From: a virus
Lineage: Duplodnaviria > Caudoviricetes
Virus record (IMG/VR): IMGVR_UViG_3300035208_001037
Location: 1,232-65,231 of that record
Length of the DNA stretch: 64,000 bases
Strand: one strand, 5' to 3'
Shown piece after piece: positions 1 to 10,090 of this stretch. Numbering within the stretch: the stretch's first letter is position 1; each line of letters opens with the position of its first letter. A program made the translations under genes and the position numbers. The notes beneath the pieces were generated by a model that was not told the origin of the DNA, ran no database searches, and worked only from the letters and a program-made list of their open reading frames with translations.

Positions 1-630
1 TATAAAATAGATATTGAAAAACTTCATAGAAAACTAGAATTTAAGAAAGGTGTTTTAATTAAAGCGGAATATTTTAAAAATATTTCTATATCAACAAACC
101 CTTATGGTATTGAAGTTTATACATATTCAACACCAGTACTTAAATGTGAATATGAATATCACGTTGATGAACAATCATATATACATCATAGATTTACAAG
201 ACGATATTGGGCCTATATTGATGGAGCTTATTCAACTGAATATAAAGAGGGTCCTAAATATTATACTAAATTAGATGCAAGAAATGAAGCAGTTAGACGT
301 AGAACTAATATAGTTAATGATATTTTAATGAGTACAACAGGATTAATATATACTTGTCCAACTATAACAACATTACTAGATGCTGAAAATGCTAGTAGGT
401 TATTGTTATTAGAAATTGATGGTGAAATAGATAAATTCACTAAAGGTATTTCAGAACCTATAATTACTAAAATAACAAATATTGATGAAACATTATACTT
501 AAACGGTTACAATATAGGACATTGGTTATCTAATTTAGTACCAAATGGTGGTGGTTTAACTATTAGACAATTAATATTATCAAAATTATCAGAAGGTATG
601 TTAGTACCAAATGAAATAATAACAATATAA
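1..630 (+). CDS. Hypothetical protein, 5'-partial; frame is open from base 1, so the 328 ATG is internal
   Basis: Frame 1 reads YKIDIEKLHRK...EAVRRRTNIVNDIL with no stop and runs directly into the 328..630 ORF. Confidence 0.8.
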   Translation, partial: YKIDIEKLHRKLEFKKGVLIKAEYFKNISISTNPYGIEVYTYSTPVLKCEYEYHVDEQSYIHHRFTRRYWAYIDGAYSTEYKEGPKYYTKLDARNEAVRRRTNIVNDILMSTTGLIYTCPTITTLLDAENASRLLLLEIDGEIDKFTKGISEPIITKITNIDETLYLNGYNIGHWLSNLVPNGGGLTIRQLILSKLSEGMLVPNEIITI

Positions 631-633
631 GAT

Positions 634-864
634 ATGAAAAAATTAATAAAATATTGGTTTAAAGATTTTTTTAAAAAACCAGTAAAAATTTTAATAACAT
701 TAGCTTTATTATTATTTATAACAGCTACGTTTAGTCAAGATAGTGATATAATATATGATATTGCAATTATTTTAGGTATAATAACCGGAGTATATACTTT
801 TGGATTATTTATTTTAGGTATTATAAATTACATTAAACTTAATAAATTAATGAATAAAAAATAA
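634..864 (+). CDS. Small two-TM membrane protein
   Basis: Two hydrophobic stretches (ILITLALLLFITATF; IAIILGIITGVYTFGLFILGII) flanked by Lys. Confidence 0.7.
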   Translation: MKKLIKYWFKDFFKKPVKILITLALLLFITATFSQDSDIIYDIAIILGIITGVYTFGLFILGIINYIKLNKLMNKK

Positions 865-1304
865 TGGAAATATATATAACACCAATAATTTTTTTAATAT
901 TAGCTAGTATAATGAAAGTTATTTCAGATACTATAAAATTTCATTGGTATTCATCTATTTTTGGTAAACTTAGTATTAATTCTAGGTTATATAAATGGTT
1001 AAACCCTGATATAGCTTGGATGAATATGTATAAAGAAGGTTATAAACCACTAGGTGAAAAATTTTGGGGGTCTTCTAGATGGTTTGCATTTATATCAGAT
1101 GGTTGGCATTTATTTGATTTATTAAAAACAATATTTTCAATATCTATATTAACCTTTTTTATATATTATATACCATTTACAAGTATACTAATAGGAGTTA
1201 ATATATTATCTAGATTAGTCGATACATTTATATTATTCACTATTTTTAGTTTAATATTCGAATATTTATTTGTATTCATGGAAAAAAAGGGTCCGAGAAA
1301 ATAA
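864..1304 (+). CDS. Membrane protein, Trp-rich loop (phage hypothetical)
   Basis: Hydrophobic N- and C-terminal helices; WLNPDIAWMNMYK...FISDGWHLF; translationally coupled to the upstream gene. Confidence 0.7.
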   Translation: MEIYITPIIFLILASIMKVISDTIKFHWYSSIFGKLSINSRLYKWLNPDIAWMNMYKEGYKPLGEKFWGSSRWFAFISDGWHLFDLLKTIFSISILTFFIYYIPFTSILIGVNILSRLVDTFILFTIFSLIFEYLFVFMEKKGPRK

Positions 1305-1370
1305 TAACAATAATTTTAAATATTATTTACATATTTATAATAAAATAAGCTTATAAAAAAAATCATAATA

Positions 1371-1988
1371 ATGAAAGAAAATATAATTAATCCAAATGGC
1401 CTTAAAGGTAAAGACGTGTTATCTCGTGTTAGAGAATTAATGGGTGAAAGTATTCAAAAAGATACTAAAAACTACGTTATAGAATTAACAAAAAAAGGTC
1501 CAGATGGTAAAGTTTACGCTATTGTTAGAGAAAACCATAGTTATTTTATAAAAGTAACTGACAAAACTAAAAATATTGTTGGTGAAGATTTTAAATACCT
1601 TGGTGGGTTACAAAATATAACTGAAGGTGTGTACACATCATATGCGAAAGCAATTAAACATTTAAATCTTAAATTTATAAATTTAAGTGAAGCGTATGGT
1701 AAAAATAATACAATCGATACTTTTAGTAATGATAATTTAGTAGAAGAAAATAATGCTATTGGTGCTGCTGGATGGGGTTTTGCTGAGACAACTGTATTCG
1801 AAGATGAAGAATCTATGAAAGAAGAAGTTGAAGTAGAGGATGCCGCTGTTGAAGATGCTTTAGAAGAAGCTTTAGACATTTCTGATGAGGAAAATATAAC
1901 ACCTAAAAACAGTAGAATGTCAATAGCTAACGCTATCCAAGATTGTGAAGATAAAAGCCTTCCAGAATCGATAAAAAAAAAAGTCTAA
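1371..1988 (+). CDS. Acidic putative head-associated protein, N-terminal part (ends IKKKV at an A10 run)
   Basis: ORF track; ATATTTAT motif at 1331; A run 1973-1982 just before the stop. Confidence 0.8.
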   Translation: MKENIINPNGLKGKDVLSRVRELMGESIQKDTKNYVIELTKKGPDGKVYAIVRENHSYFIKVTDKTKNIVGEDFKYLGGLQNITEGVYTSYAKAIKHLNLKFINLSEAYGKNNTIDTFSNDNLVEENNAIGAAGWGFAETTVFEDEESMKEEVEVEDAAVEDALEEALDISDEENITPKNSRMSIANAIQDCEDKSLPESIKKKV

Positions 1989-2974
1989 TAGAGACTAAAT
2001 TTAAACTTAAATTACAAAACACTACACCTGAACCACCTGTGGAACAACCACAAGGTGGTTTAAGTGCGTCTAATAACCAAGAAGATTTATCTGGGTTAAA
2101 TGAACCTACACAACCAACTGAACCAGAAAATAATGATAAACCTTTTAATGATGAACCATTCGATGCCGGGGTTGAAGCAACTGAACAGGATGAACCAAAA
2201 AAATTCATTCAACAATTATCAGGAAAGTTAGGGCAATCATTAAGAAAATATACTGATGAGTCTGGACAACCTGATTTTGATTTAGAAAAATTTGCTATTA
2301 ATTCAGTTATTTCAGCTACACACACATCGGAAATGGATGAAGAAGATAAAAAAGATATTATTAGCAAAATAAATAATTCAGGTAAAAACGATGACGTTGA
2401 CAACCAAGAAAATGGTACTGATAACAGTAATGACGATAGTACTGGTCTAGGTCAAAACGATAACTATAATTCTGGTGAATCTAATTTTAATAATAATCAA
2501 GAAAATAATTTAGGTGAATCGTTGAATATGTCAGAAAATAGTTGTAACTTTGTTGATAAAAATAAAGATATGATTACAGAAACTTATGATTGTGGTTGTG
2601 ATATTGATGAAGTAATTGAAGAAATTATGTCAGAACCAACAGTAAAACCGATTGTTAAACCTGATGTTAAACCTGAAATAACACCAAGTAGAAGAAGTAG
2701 ACCGTTTAAGGTACCTATTATTTTACCAGAACATTCACCTAAACCAAAAGCAAAATTAGTAACTGAAGGTCAAATAGAAATAAAACCACTAAAAATTTGG
2801 TGGGAAAATAATCCGGATGAATTATTAAAACTAGTTTATTGGACTAATAAACAAATACCACCAGTAGACATAGAAAAACGAAAAGAAGCTTTTATAAAAA
2901 TAGCTAATCAACTTGATGCTGAGTTTCCGGCACCAACAAATAGAAAAGCTGAAATGATTAATTCAATTTCGTAA
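1982..2974 (+). CDS. Probable -1 frame continuation of the 1371 protein (ORF track starts it at GTG 2039)
   Basis: Frame open from 1955 with no ATG; reads SLIETKFKLKLQNTTPEPPVEQ straight after the A run. Confidence 0.65.
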   Translation, partial: SLIETKFKLKLQNTTPEPPVEQPQGGLSASNNQEDLSGLNEPTQPTEPENNDKPFNDEPFDAGVEATEQDEPKKFIQQLSGKLGQSLRKYTDESGQPDFDLEKFAINSVISATHTSEMDEEDKKDIISKINNSGKNDDVDNQENGTDNSNDDSTGLGQNDNYNSGESNFNNNQENNLGESLNMSENSCNFVDKNKDMITETYDCGCDIDEVIEEIMSEPTVKPIVKPDVKPEITPSRRSRPFKVPIILPEHSPKPKAKLVTEGQIEIKPLKIWWENNPDELLKLVYWTNKQIPPVDIEKRKEAFIKIANQLDAEFPAPTNRKAEMINSIS

Positions 2975-3387
2975 TGAAAGATTTAAAATTAATATATGTT
3001 TTACCAGTTGGTAAAAATTGGAAAGAGGAATATATTTACGAATTCATTTTTTCAGATAATGTATCAAATGTTGATGGTGAAGATTGGGATGCTTACCCAG
3101 CATCTGGTAAACCATCATCGCCACATAAAACTTTAATTAAAGGTGTTGGTAGATTAACATCTGAAATTAGATTCGATGTAATACAAAATAGTGATACATT
3201 TTCAGTATACGATGCTGTTGATGGTGTAATAGCATTAGCTTGGGAAAATATTGAAGATTATGAACAATATCCTGATTTTAGACTTTGTTTTAGGTTCGGT
3301 GATGATGTTAATAAAGTTAAAGAAACTCTTTATAGTAAAGATATAACGTTAGAAATTAAAGAAATTAAAAATGAGCTTAAAAATTAA
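2974..3387 (+). CDS. Hypothetical protein
   Basis: 137-aa ORF in a tightly packed operon. Confidence 0.75.
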   Translation: MKDLKLIYVLPVGKNWKEEYIYEFIFSDNVSNVDGEDWDAYPASGKPSSPHKTLIKGVGRLTSEIRFDVIQNSDTFSVYDAVDGVIALAWENIEDYEQYPDFRLCFRFGDDVNKVKETLYSKDITLEIKEIKNELKN

Positions 3388-3781
3388 ATTAAGACAATCT
3401 CTTATAGAAGGTGATTATGTTGTTAACGTTAAAGATTTGACAAAATTAAAACCACAAATAGAAAAGAATGACCCACAAGCAATCATTAAGGTTGTTGACC
3501 CATCAAGTGCACCATCTTATAGTGGTAATAAAAATGTAAGTGAAAGTGAAAATGAAGAAGAAACTGATGAATCATATAATATTTATGCTATTTGCACAAA
3601 ATCAACCGGTGAGACTAAAGGTAATGAGAAATGGGAAAAATGTGTGAAAAGTCTTAAAAATAAAAAAGGTTATAAGTTAGGTGAATCAATAAACCCTAAA
3701 ATGACTAAACAAGAATTAATTGAAACTATCCTTAATAGCGATAAAAAAGTAATTACAAGGATTAAGGTTAAAAATATATAA
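3371..3781 (+). CDS. Hypothetical, putative head-associated protein
   Basis: 136-aa ORF with LIEG/LGES motifs. Confidence 0.7.
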   Translation: MSLKIKLRQSLIEGDYVVNVKDLTKLKPQIEKNDPQAIIKVVDPSSAPSYSGNKNVSESENEEETDESYNIYAICTKSTGETKGNEKWEKCVKSLKNKKGYKLGESINPKMTKQELIETILNSDKKVITRIKVKNI

Positions 3782-3786
3782 TTATT

Positions 3787-5040
3787 ATGGATAAAGATAA
3801 TGATAAAGCAAAAAGAATAATTCTTAAAGCTCTAGAAAAAGCTAAAAATAAGAATATTACTGAGAATAGAATTAAATATTCTGATACTATTAAAGAGCGT
3901 ATGCATCCTAAATTAGAAGAAGAATTAAGAGACCGTAAAACATCTCTAGGTAATCACCCAATTTTCCCCGAAAGTGACGAAAGTAATTTTGAAGAAAAAA
4001 TAATGGGTAAACGATTCGAAGAGGTTGTTAATCGAGTTAAACGTAATTTTGATATGGATACTGTTGATAACAATTTCATTAGACAAAATATGCTTGGTTT
4101 AGTTGGTGAATGTATTAAATTAGAATCAACACATAAAAAAGAACTTGAAGATTTAGCTGAAAAAATGATTCGAGAAGAATATGATATGTCAAAAGATGAT
4201 GTAGATATTATAGTAGAATTAACATCTAATATTAATATGGAAGGAACTCAAAAAAATTCTAAACCTATTGAAATTAATGAAATGAGTTTTGATAATCATA
4301 AAGGTATTGAAGATGCTAATGCTGAAGTTTATAAAAGACGATTTATTAACTCTATGATACAAGGTTCAGCTAAAAAAAGTTCTCATATGTTTCGCATGAA
4401 AGAAGATGAAATAATGGGTATGGACCCACGATTACCTAATAAATACGGTAAAATGATGTCTGCAGCCGATTATATGTATTATATAGAACCTAAAATGGCT
4501 GATGAAAGTGCTGGTAGTGTTAATGGTGGTGTTGTTAGGGTTACATTTCCAAAAAAAGAGGGTGATAAACCTCTAATTCATGCTCAAGCTATGGTATTCC
4601 CAGTGTTAATTCACGAATTAGTTAAAGGTGTTATGGAATTATTATCATCACATGGGTTACCAGAGGACAATAAAATGAAAGAGTATGTTATTGGTAAATC
4701 AGATTATTTAGCTGCAGAACCATGGGATATGAGAATAGGCCCAGCAGTATGGGAAAAATTTACTGAATCAATTGACTCAGAAGATTTCAATTTAAAACAC
4801 CATGTATATAGTGATTTAGTTAAATTACCTGTTAAAGAATTTAATAAAACTATGAGAGAAATTATGGCTGGTACTAAGGCCGGTAAGGATGTTATAGGTA
4901 AAATAATAAAAGAAGTTAAAGCTGATTTAAAAACTGAAGAATTTAATGAAGCTATAAATATTAAAAGAACTTCGTATAATGATTTCATAGAAAATCCAGA
5001 CGAATTAGATGATATAGATTTAAGTGATTTCGGAATATAA
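3787..5040 (+). CDS. Hypothetical, putative head-associated protein
   Basis: 417-aa ORF; ITEN and FNEA motifs; followed by a terminator. Confidence 0.8.
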   Translation: MDKDNDKAKRIILKALEKAKNKNITENRIKYSDTIKERMHPKLEEELRDRKTSLGNHPIFPESDESNFEEKIMGKRFEEVVNRVKRNFDMDTVDNNFIRQNMLGLVGECIKLESTHKKELEDLAEKMIREEYDMSKDDVDIIVELTSNINMEGTQKNSKPIEINEMSFDNHKGIEDANAEVYKRRFINSMIQGSAKKSSHMFRMKEDEIMGMDPRLPNKYGKMMSAADYMYYIEPKMADESAGSVNGGVVRVTFPKKEGDKPLIHAQAMVFPVLIHELVKGVMELLSSHGLPEDNKMKEYVIGKSDYLAAEPWDMRIGPAVWEKFTESIDSEDFNLKHHVYSDLVKLPVKEFNKTMREIMAGTKAGKDVIGKIIKEVKADLKTEEFNEAINIKRTSYNDFIENPDELDDIDLSDFGI

Positions 5041-5044
5041 AAAT

Positions 5045-5072
5045 AAAACCCACTTCGGTGGGTTTTTTTTTT
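5045..5072 (+). terminator. Rho-independent terminator
   Basis: AAAACCCAC-TTCG-GTGGGTTTT plus T run. Confidence 0.85.
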
Positions 5073-5098
5073 GACAAAACTGAAATATTCATTATATT
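5071..5098 (+). promoter_or_regulatory. Early-type promoter TTGACA-N16-TATATT
   Basis: TTGACA 5071-5076, TATATT 5093-5098; same spacing at four other sites. Confidence 0.6.
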
Positions 5099-5104
5099 AT
5101 ATCT

Positions 5105-5872
5105 ATGAGTTGGAATAATGAATATTTTAATAGTGATTGGAACAAACCTAAGTTTAGTTTTATAAACATACCTAAACATTATGAGTTATATACTACAATG
5201 GCTAATCATACTATTCATAGATTTAGTAGATTTGAACCTAATCAATTACTTTTAGCTAAAACATATGATAAGAATAGATTTGTTATAGTTAAAAAAGCCA
5301 GACAATGTGGTGAATCCACTATAACCTCAATGTATTTAGCTATTCAAGCACTAGAACCAAATAAGAAAATATTAATTTTAACGAGGTCTAAGCCAAGCGG
5401 TGCCTGTTTAATTGATATGATTAAAAAATATTACTTAGCTATCGGAATTACACCATTAAATAATTCATATAACAACATAATATTATCAAATGGTTCAAAT
5501 ATTATGTTTAAAATATTAACACCTGACGCTATGCGTGGATATGCCTGTGATGTCATATATATTACCGATATTGAATTGTTAAGAAATTTAAATAACATAA
5601 TAGATAGTGTTTTACCGTGTTTACATAATAGTAATTGTCAATTGATTATATCATCGACACCGGGTGGTAATGATTTTAAAATATTATATGATAAATCTAA
5701 AAAACCTGATTCAATATTTACATCATTTGATTTAGGGTTTTATGATAATCCAATGAATGATGAAAAAAAATATAATGCTATGGTTCACGCATTACATAAT
5801 GAAGATAGTATAAGGCAAGAACTTGATGGTGAATTTATAGTACAAGTAGATGGTCATATATTTACTATTTAG
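5105..5872 (+). CDS. Terminase-large-subunit ATPase-domain paralogue, degenerate, no nuclease domain
   Basis: KKARQCGEST, DAMRGYACDVIYITDIE, ISSTPGG and RQELDGEF align with the adjacent TerL motifs KPRQAGVST, DALRGFTPTYLIMDEAAF, LISTPNG and AQELDVSF. Confidence 0.85.
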   Translation: MSWNNEYFNSDWNKPKFSFINIPKHYELYTTMANHTIHRFSRFEPNQLLLAKTYDKNRFVIVKKARQCGESTITSMYLAIQALEPNKKILILTRSKPSGACLIDMIKKYYLAIGITPLNNSYNNIILSNGSNIMFKILTPDAMRGYACDVIYITDIELLRNLNNIIDSVLPCLHNSNCQLIISSTPGGNDFKILYDKSKKPDSIFTSFDLGFYDNPMNDEKKYNAMVHALHNEDSIRQELDGEFIVQVDGHIFTI

Positions 5873-5891
5873 CAATTATGTAGTTATCAGC

Positions 5892-5899
5892 ATATTTAT
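5892..5899 (+). promoter_or_regulatory. Putative late promoter motif ATATTTAT (representative of many copies)
   Basis: Same 8-mer on the sense strand shortly upstream of many structural genes. Confidence 0.6.
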
Positions 5900-5913
5900 T
5901 AATAAAAATAGAT

Positions 5914-7707
5914 ATGTTAACAAGATTAGAGATATTACAAGAATATACCAAGTGTATAGCCGACCCAAAATACGCTATAGAAAATTTTCTACAAACATTT
6001 GATAAAACTCAAGAAGGGTTTGTTCCATTTTTATTGTTTCCTAGACAAAAACAAATTGTTGATGCTTATGAGCAACACCGATTTAATATAATTGCAAAAC
6101 CAAGACAAGCTGGTGTATCAACAACTACTGCAGCTTATTTAGCTATTAAAACAGGTTTTGGTGACCCTAAAAACCCAGAAAAAATATTAATATTAGCCAA
6201 TAAACAGGTAATGGCCCAAGAATTCTTAAGTAAAGTAAAAGATTTCTTAGAACAATTACCTCGTTGGGTTTGGGGTGATGAATATTATGGTACACCAGAG
6301 AAAGAAAAGAAAACTATATTTGATACTAACAGTAAAGGTCATTTAGTATTACCTAATAAATGCCAAATTAAAGCCGTTGCAACATCTAAAGATGCTTTAC
6401 GTGGTTTTACACCAACTTATTTAATAATGGACGAGGCTGCGTTTATTGACAACGGAGAGGAAGTTTTCAATGCTGCACTTACAGCGTTAGGAACCGGTGG
6501 TCACGCAATGTTAATTTCAACACCAAATGGTATGGACAAGTTATACTATACAACCTATGAAGGTGCTAGAACTAAAGATAATGATTTTAATATCATTGAA
6601 ATGAGATGGTATGAGGATTTAAGATACAATAAAGACCTTCGATGGTTTAAAGAAGATAAAGAAACTAAAGAAACAACTGTAATTGGTGAATTAGAATTTA
6701 CATTTGAAAGTTATGATTCGAAAATAAAGGATGGTTTTAAACCAACATCTAGTTGGTATGAAGCTATGTGCAGAAACATGAACGGTAACGCTAGAATGAT
6801 TGCACAGGAATTAGATGTATCATTTATTGGTTCTGGTGGTAACGTTATTAATGACGAATATATTATGTATCATGAAAAACATTATGTTAAAGACCCTGTA
6901 TTTGTTGATGGATTTGAAAAAGAATTTTGGATTTGGGAACAACCTCAAGAAGGTCATCAATATATTATGGGTGTCGATGTTGCTAGAGGTGATGGTAATG
7001 ATTCATCAACAATAGTTATAATTGATTTCACGACTATGGAACAAGTAATGGAATATAAAGGTAAGGTACAACCAGATTTATTAGGTGAAATAGCTTACCA
7101 ATATGGTAATTTATATAAAGCATATACTGTAGTCGATATTACTGGTGGTATGGGTGTATCAACAGTACTTAAATTATTAGATATGGATTATAAGTATTTA
7201 CATTATGATGACCCAAGAACTAAAATACTTCTTAATAAAGCACAATTAGTTAAATTCGCAAAAGATGGTGACAAAATTCCGGGCTTTAATGTTGGTTCAA
7301 GTCGTTTAACATTAGTTGCTCATCTAGAACGTTCAATTAGAGAAAATTTAATTAAGATTAGGTCACGTAGATTAACATCTGAAATGAAAACATTTGTATA
7401 TAGAAATGGTAGACCAGACCATATGGATGGATTTCACGATGATTTACTTATGGCATTAGGTATGGCATTATGGGTATTAGAACATTCTTTTAAAAATTTA
7501 GAGAAATTAGAAAAACAAACTAAAGCTATTTTAGATAGTTGGGTTGTTGGTCTTCCATCAACAACAGATAATTCTGTTGGTGGTTTCGTGCCGAAGGGTA
7601 ATAAAGGTGTTGGTGCATTACCAAAACCAAATTTTAATACATTAAACTCAAGGAATATTCAAGACCCAAAAGGTGAATATTTATGGTTGTTTAGTGGTAT
7701 GAGATAA
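5914..7707 (+). CDS. terL: Terminase large subunit (T4 gp17-like)
   Basis: KPRQAGVST, LIMDEAAF Walker B, STPNG, RNase H-like nuclease MGVDVARGDG...HDDLLMA. Confidence 0.95.
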   Translation: MLTRLEILQEYTKCIADPKYAIENFLQTFDKTQEGFVPFLLFPRQKQIVDAYEQHRFNIIAKPRQAGVSTTTAAYLAIKTGFGDPKNPEKILILANKQVMAQEFLSKVKDFLEQLPRWVWGDEYYGTPEKEKKTIFDTNSKGHLVLPNKCQIKAVATSKDALRGFTPTYLIMDEAAFIDNGEEVFNAALTALGTGGHAMLISTPNGMDKLYYTTYEGARTKDNDFNIIEMRWYEDLRYNKDLRWFKEDKETKETTVIGELEFTFESYDSKIKDGFKPTSSWYEAMCRNMNGNARMIAQELDVSFIGSGGNVINDEYIMYHEKHYVKDPVFVDGFEKEFWIWEQPQEGHQYIMGVDVARGDGNDSSTIVIIDFTTMEQVMEYKGKVQPDLLGEIAYQYGNLYKAYTVVDITGGMGVSTVLKLLDMDYKYLHYDDPRTKILLNKAQLVKFAKDGDKIPGFNVGSSRLTLVAHLERSIRENLIKIRSRRLTSEMKTFVYRNGRPDHMDGFHDDLLMALGMALWVLEHSFKNLEKLEKQTKAILDSWVVGLPSTTDNSVGGFVPKGNKGVGALPKPNFNTLNSRNIQDPKGEYLWLFSGMR

Positions 7708-7728
7708 TATTTATAAAAAAAGGATAAA

Positions 7729-7971
7729 ATGAGTTTAGGAGGTAAAAAAATATTTATAAGAAAAACTGGTAATTCTAGTTTATATAAATGGTCACCACAA
7801 GGAGACATAACAGATAAAAAATCTAAAAACACTACTATTGTAGAAACGTGTACTGCACAGGCATACCAAATCAATGGTAATGACAGTGTAACAAAGTACG
7901 TTAGTAACCCAGAAAGAATAAACGATGTATTAATATATAATGCATATGTGGAATGTGACTATGTACAATAA
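7729..7971 (+). CDS. Small hypothetical protein between TerL and portal
   Basis: 80-aa ORF with upstream ATATTTAT at 7707. Confidence 0.7.
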   Translation: MSLGGKKIFIRKTGNSSLYKWSPQGDITDKKSKNTTIVETCTAQAYQINGNDSVTKYVSNPERINDVLIYNAYVECDYVQ

Positions 7972-8015
7972 TCTTTATTTTCTAAAAATATATATTATAA
8001 TATAAGAAAAAAACT

Positions 8016-10046
8016 ATGGATAAAAGAGCAAATAAAACAGTATTTACCAGATTAAATAATATATTTGGTCCTGAAGGTGTTAATGTACCTAAAAGTGATA
8101 CTAACAGATATAATATTAATAATAAAGAGTTATTAAGAACTACTGATAAAGGTGAATATGAGCAAGCTAAAAAATTAGCATTACAAAATGCCTATCTTAG
8201 TAATCAATGGCAAAAAGTTGATAATGAAATGTATCAACAATCAATACATTATGAAACAACTAGAATCGGTGCGTATTCAGATTTTGAGGCTATGGAGTTT
8301 TATCCTGAAATTGCAGCTGCATTAGATGTTATGATGGAAGAGGCTAGTACACCAAATGATAAAGGTAAATTAGTTAATGTTTATTCTGATAGTAAACGAG
8401 TTAAATCTGTTATCGAAGATTTATTATTTAATCGTTTAGATATTCACACCACATTACCTATGTGGACTAGAAACACATGTAAATATGGCGATAATTTTGT
8501 TTATTTAAATATTGATAGTAAAGCTGGTATTATAGGTGCTAGACAAATGCCTAACTTCGAAATGGAAAGACGAGAAGGTGATTTAATTGAAATGTTAAGA
8601 CGAACAAATGATGATAAGAGCAGCGAATACGATAATAAAGTTAAATTTTATTGGAAAGGTAAAAATGTCGAGTTTAATTCTTGGCAAATAGCCCATTTTA
8701 GATTATTGGGTGATACTAGAAAACTACCTTATGGTACATCAGTACTTGAAAAAGCTAGAAGAATTTGGAAACAATTATTACTTTCTGAAGATGCTATGTT
8801 GGTTTATCGTGTAACTAGAGCACCTGAGAGAAGAGTATATAGAGTATTCGTTGGTAATATTGATGATGCTGATGTTCCAGCATATGTAAACCAAATCGCT
8901 AATAAATTTAAAAGGGCCCCTGTTATTGACCCACAAACTGGACAAATGGATTTAAGGTATAATCAATTAGCTTACGACCAAGATTTCTTTATACCAGTAC
9001 GAAGTGAAGATTCGACAAACCCAATTGATACATTACCGGGTGCACAAAACTTAGACCAAATTGCTGATATTGAATATCTACAACGTAAATTATGTACAGC
9101 TTTAAGAGTACCTAAAACGTTCTTAGGTTTTGATGAACCAACCGGTGAAGGTAAAAACTTAGCATTACAAGATATTAGATTCTCTAGAACCGTTAATAGA
9201 ATTCAACAAGCTATTATAATGGAGTTAAATAAAATTGCGATAATACATTTACATTTATTAGGTTTTGAAGATGAATTAGATAACTTTACTATTACATTAA
9301 ATAATCCTTCAACTCAAGCTGAAATGCTTAAAATTGAACATTTACAAGCTAAAGTTAGTTTATACGCTGAAGCTGTTCGTGATGCTGGTAATGGTTTTGC
9401 TCCTATGTCAATGACTAGAGCTAAACGTGAAATTCTTGGAATGTCTAATGATGAAATAAAACAAGATTTATTAGAACAAAGAATTGAAAAAGCTGCAGCT
9501 GCAGAATTAGAAATGACCGCTAAAATTATTAAACACACCGGATTTTTTGACACTATTGATGATATATACGGTATACCAAAATCAGAACGTGAAAAAGCTA
9601 TGGCTCAAGGCGGTGCTGAAGGTGGTGAGGCACCGGGTGGACCAGATGGTGGTGGAGGTGGCTTCGGTGGTGGAGGCGGCTTCGGTGGTGAAGAATTAGA
9701 TTTAGGTATGGACGAAGAAGGTGGCGAAGAAGGTGCACCAGAAGATAATGAAACTGCACCAGAAGAATTTGGTGGTGAGGAACCAGAAGAATTTGGTGGT
9801 GAAACTAAAGCAGAGTCATTTAAATTAAAATCTAATAAAATTTTAACTGAACAAAAAGCATTATTACAAAAGAAACTTGAATCACGTTCTAAAAAATATA
9901 ATGAAATGTATACCAATAGATTAATGAATTCAATTGGTGGTGATATTAAACCGGTATTACCTATTAAAATGCAAGACAAAACCATGAAAGTAAATGAAAG
10001 TATCAACGGAATGATAAGTGATATAGATAAAATGATTGGTGAATAA
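8016..10046 (+). CDS. Portal protein (T4 gp20-like)
   Basis: YPEIAAALD, CKYGDNF, EDAMLVYRVTRAPERRVY, DFFIP, IDTLPGAQNL, ALRVPK; Gly/Glu-rich tail. Confidence 0.95.
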   Translation: MDKRANKTVFTRLNNIFGPEGVNVPKSDTNRYNINNKELLRTTDKGEYEQAKKLALQNAYLSNQWQKVDNEMYQQSIHYETTRIGAYSDFEAMEFYPEIAAALDVMMEEASTPNDKGKLVNVYSDSKRVKSVIEDLLFNRLDIHTTLPMWTRNTCKYGDNFVYLNIDSKAGIIGARQMPNFEMERREGDLIEMLRRTNDDKSSEYDNKVKFYWKGKNVEFNSWQIAHFRLLGDTRKLPYGTSVLEKARRIWKQLLLSEDAMLVYRVTRAPERRVYRVFVGNIDDADVPAYVNQIANKFKRAPVIDPQTGQMDLRYNQLAYDQDFFIPVRSEDSTNPIDTLPGAQNLDQIADIEYLQRKLCTALRVPKTFLGFDEPTGEGKNLALQDIRFSRTVNRIQQAIIMELNKIAIIHLHLLGFEDELDNFTITLNNPSTQAEMLKIEHLQAKVSLYAEAVRDAGNGFAPMSMTRAKREILGMSNDEIKQDLLEQRIEKAAAAELEMTAKIIKHTGFFDTIDDIYGIPKSEREKAMAQGGAEGGEAPGGPDGGGGGFGGGGGFGGEELDLGMDEEGGEEGAPEDNETAPEEFGGEEPEEFGGETKAESFKLKSNKILTEQKALLQKKLESRSKKYNEMYTNRLMNSIGGDIKPVLPIKMQDKTMKVNESINGMISDIDKMIGE

Positions 10047-10090
10047 CATTTTTTAATTAAAACCTAATATTTATAATTAAAGTAAAAGAT

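Noticed and set aside
328-630. ATG 328 as a gene start
   Set aside because: The same frame is open from base 1, so the gene begins before the window.
5914-7707. TerL Walker A lacking the usual GK(S/T) lysine (RQAGVST)
   Set aside because: Walker B, coupling and nuclease motifs are intact and a Lys precedes the motif (KPRQ); treated as a variant of the functional enzyme, not a defect.
9640-9805. GGT/GAA-rich repeats in the portal tail, the (AAT)n tract near 50176 and the 12-nt duplication at 57060-57090
   Set aside because: Low-complexity linkers or simple slippage with no sign of a separate function.
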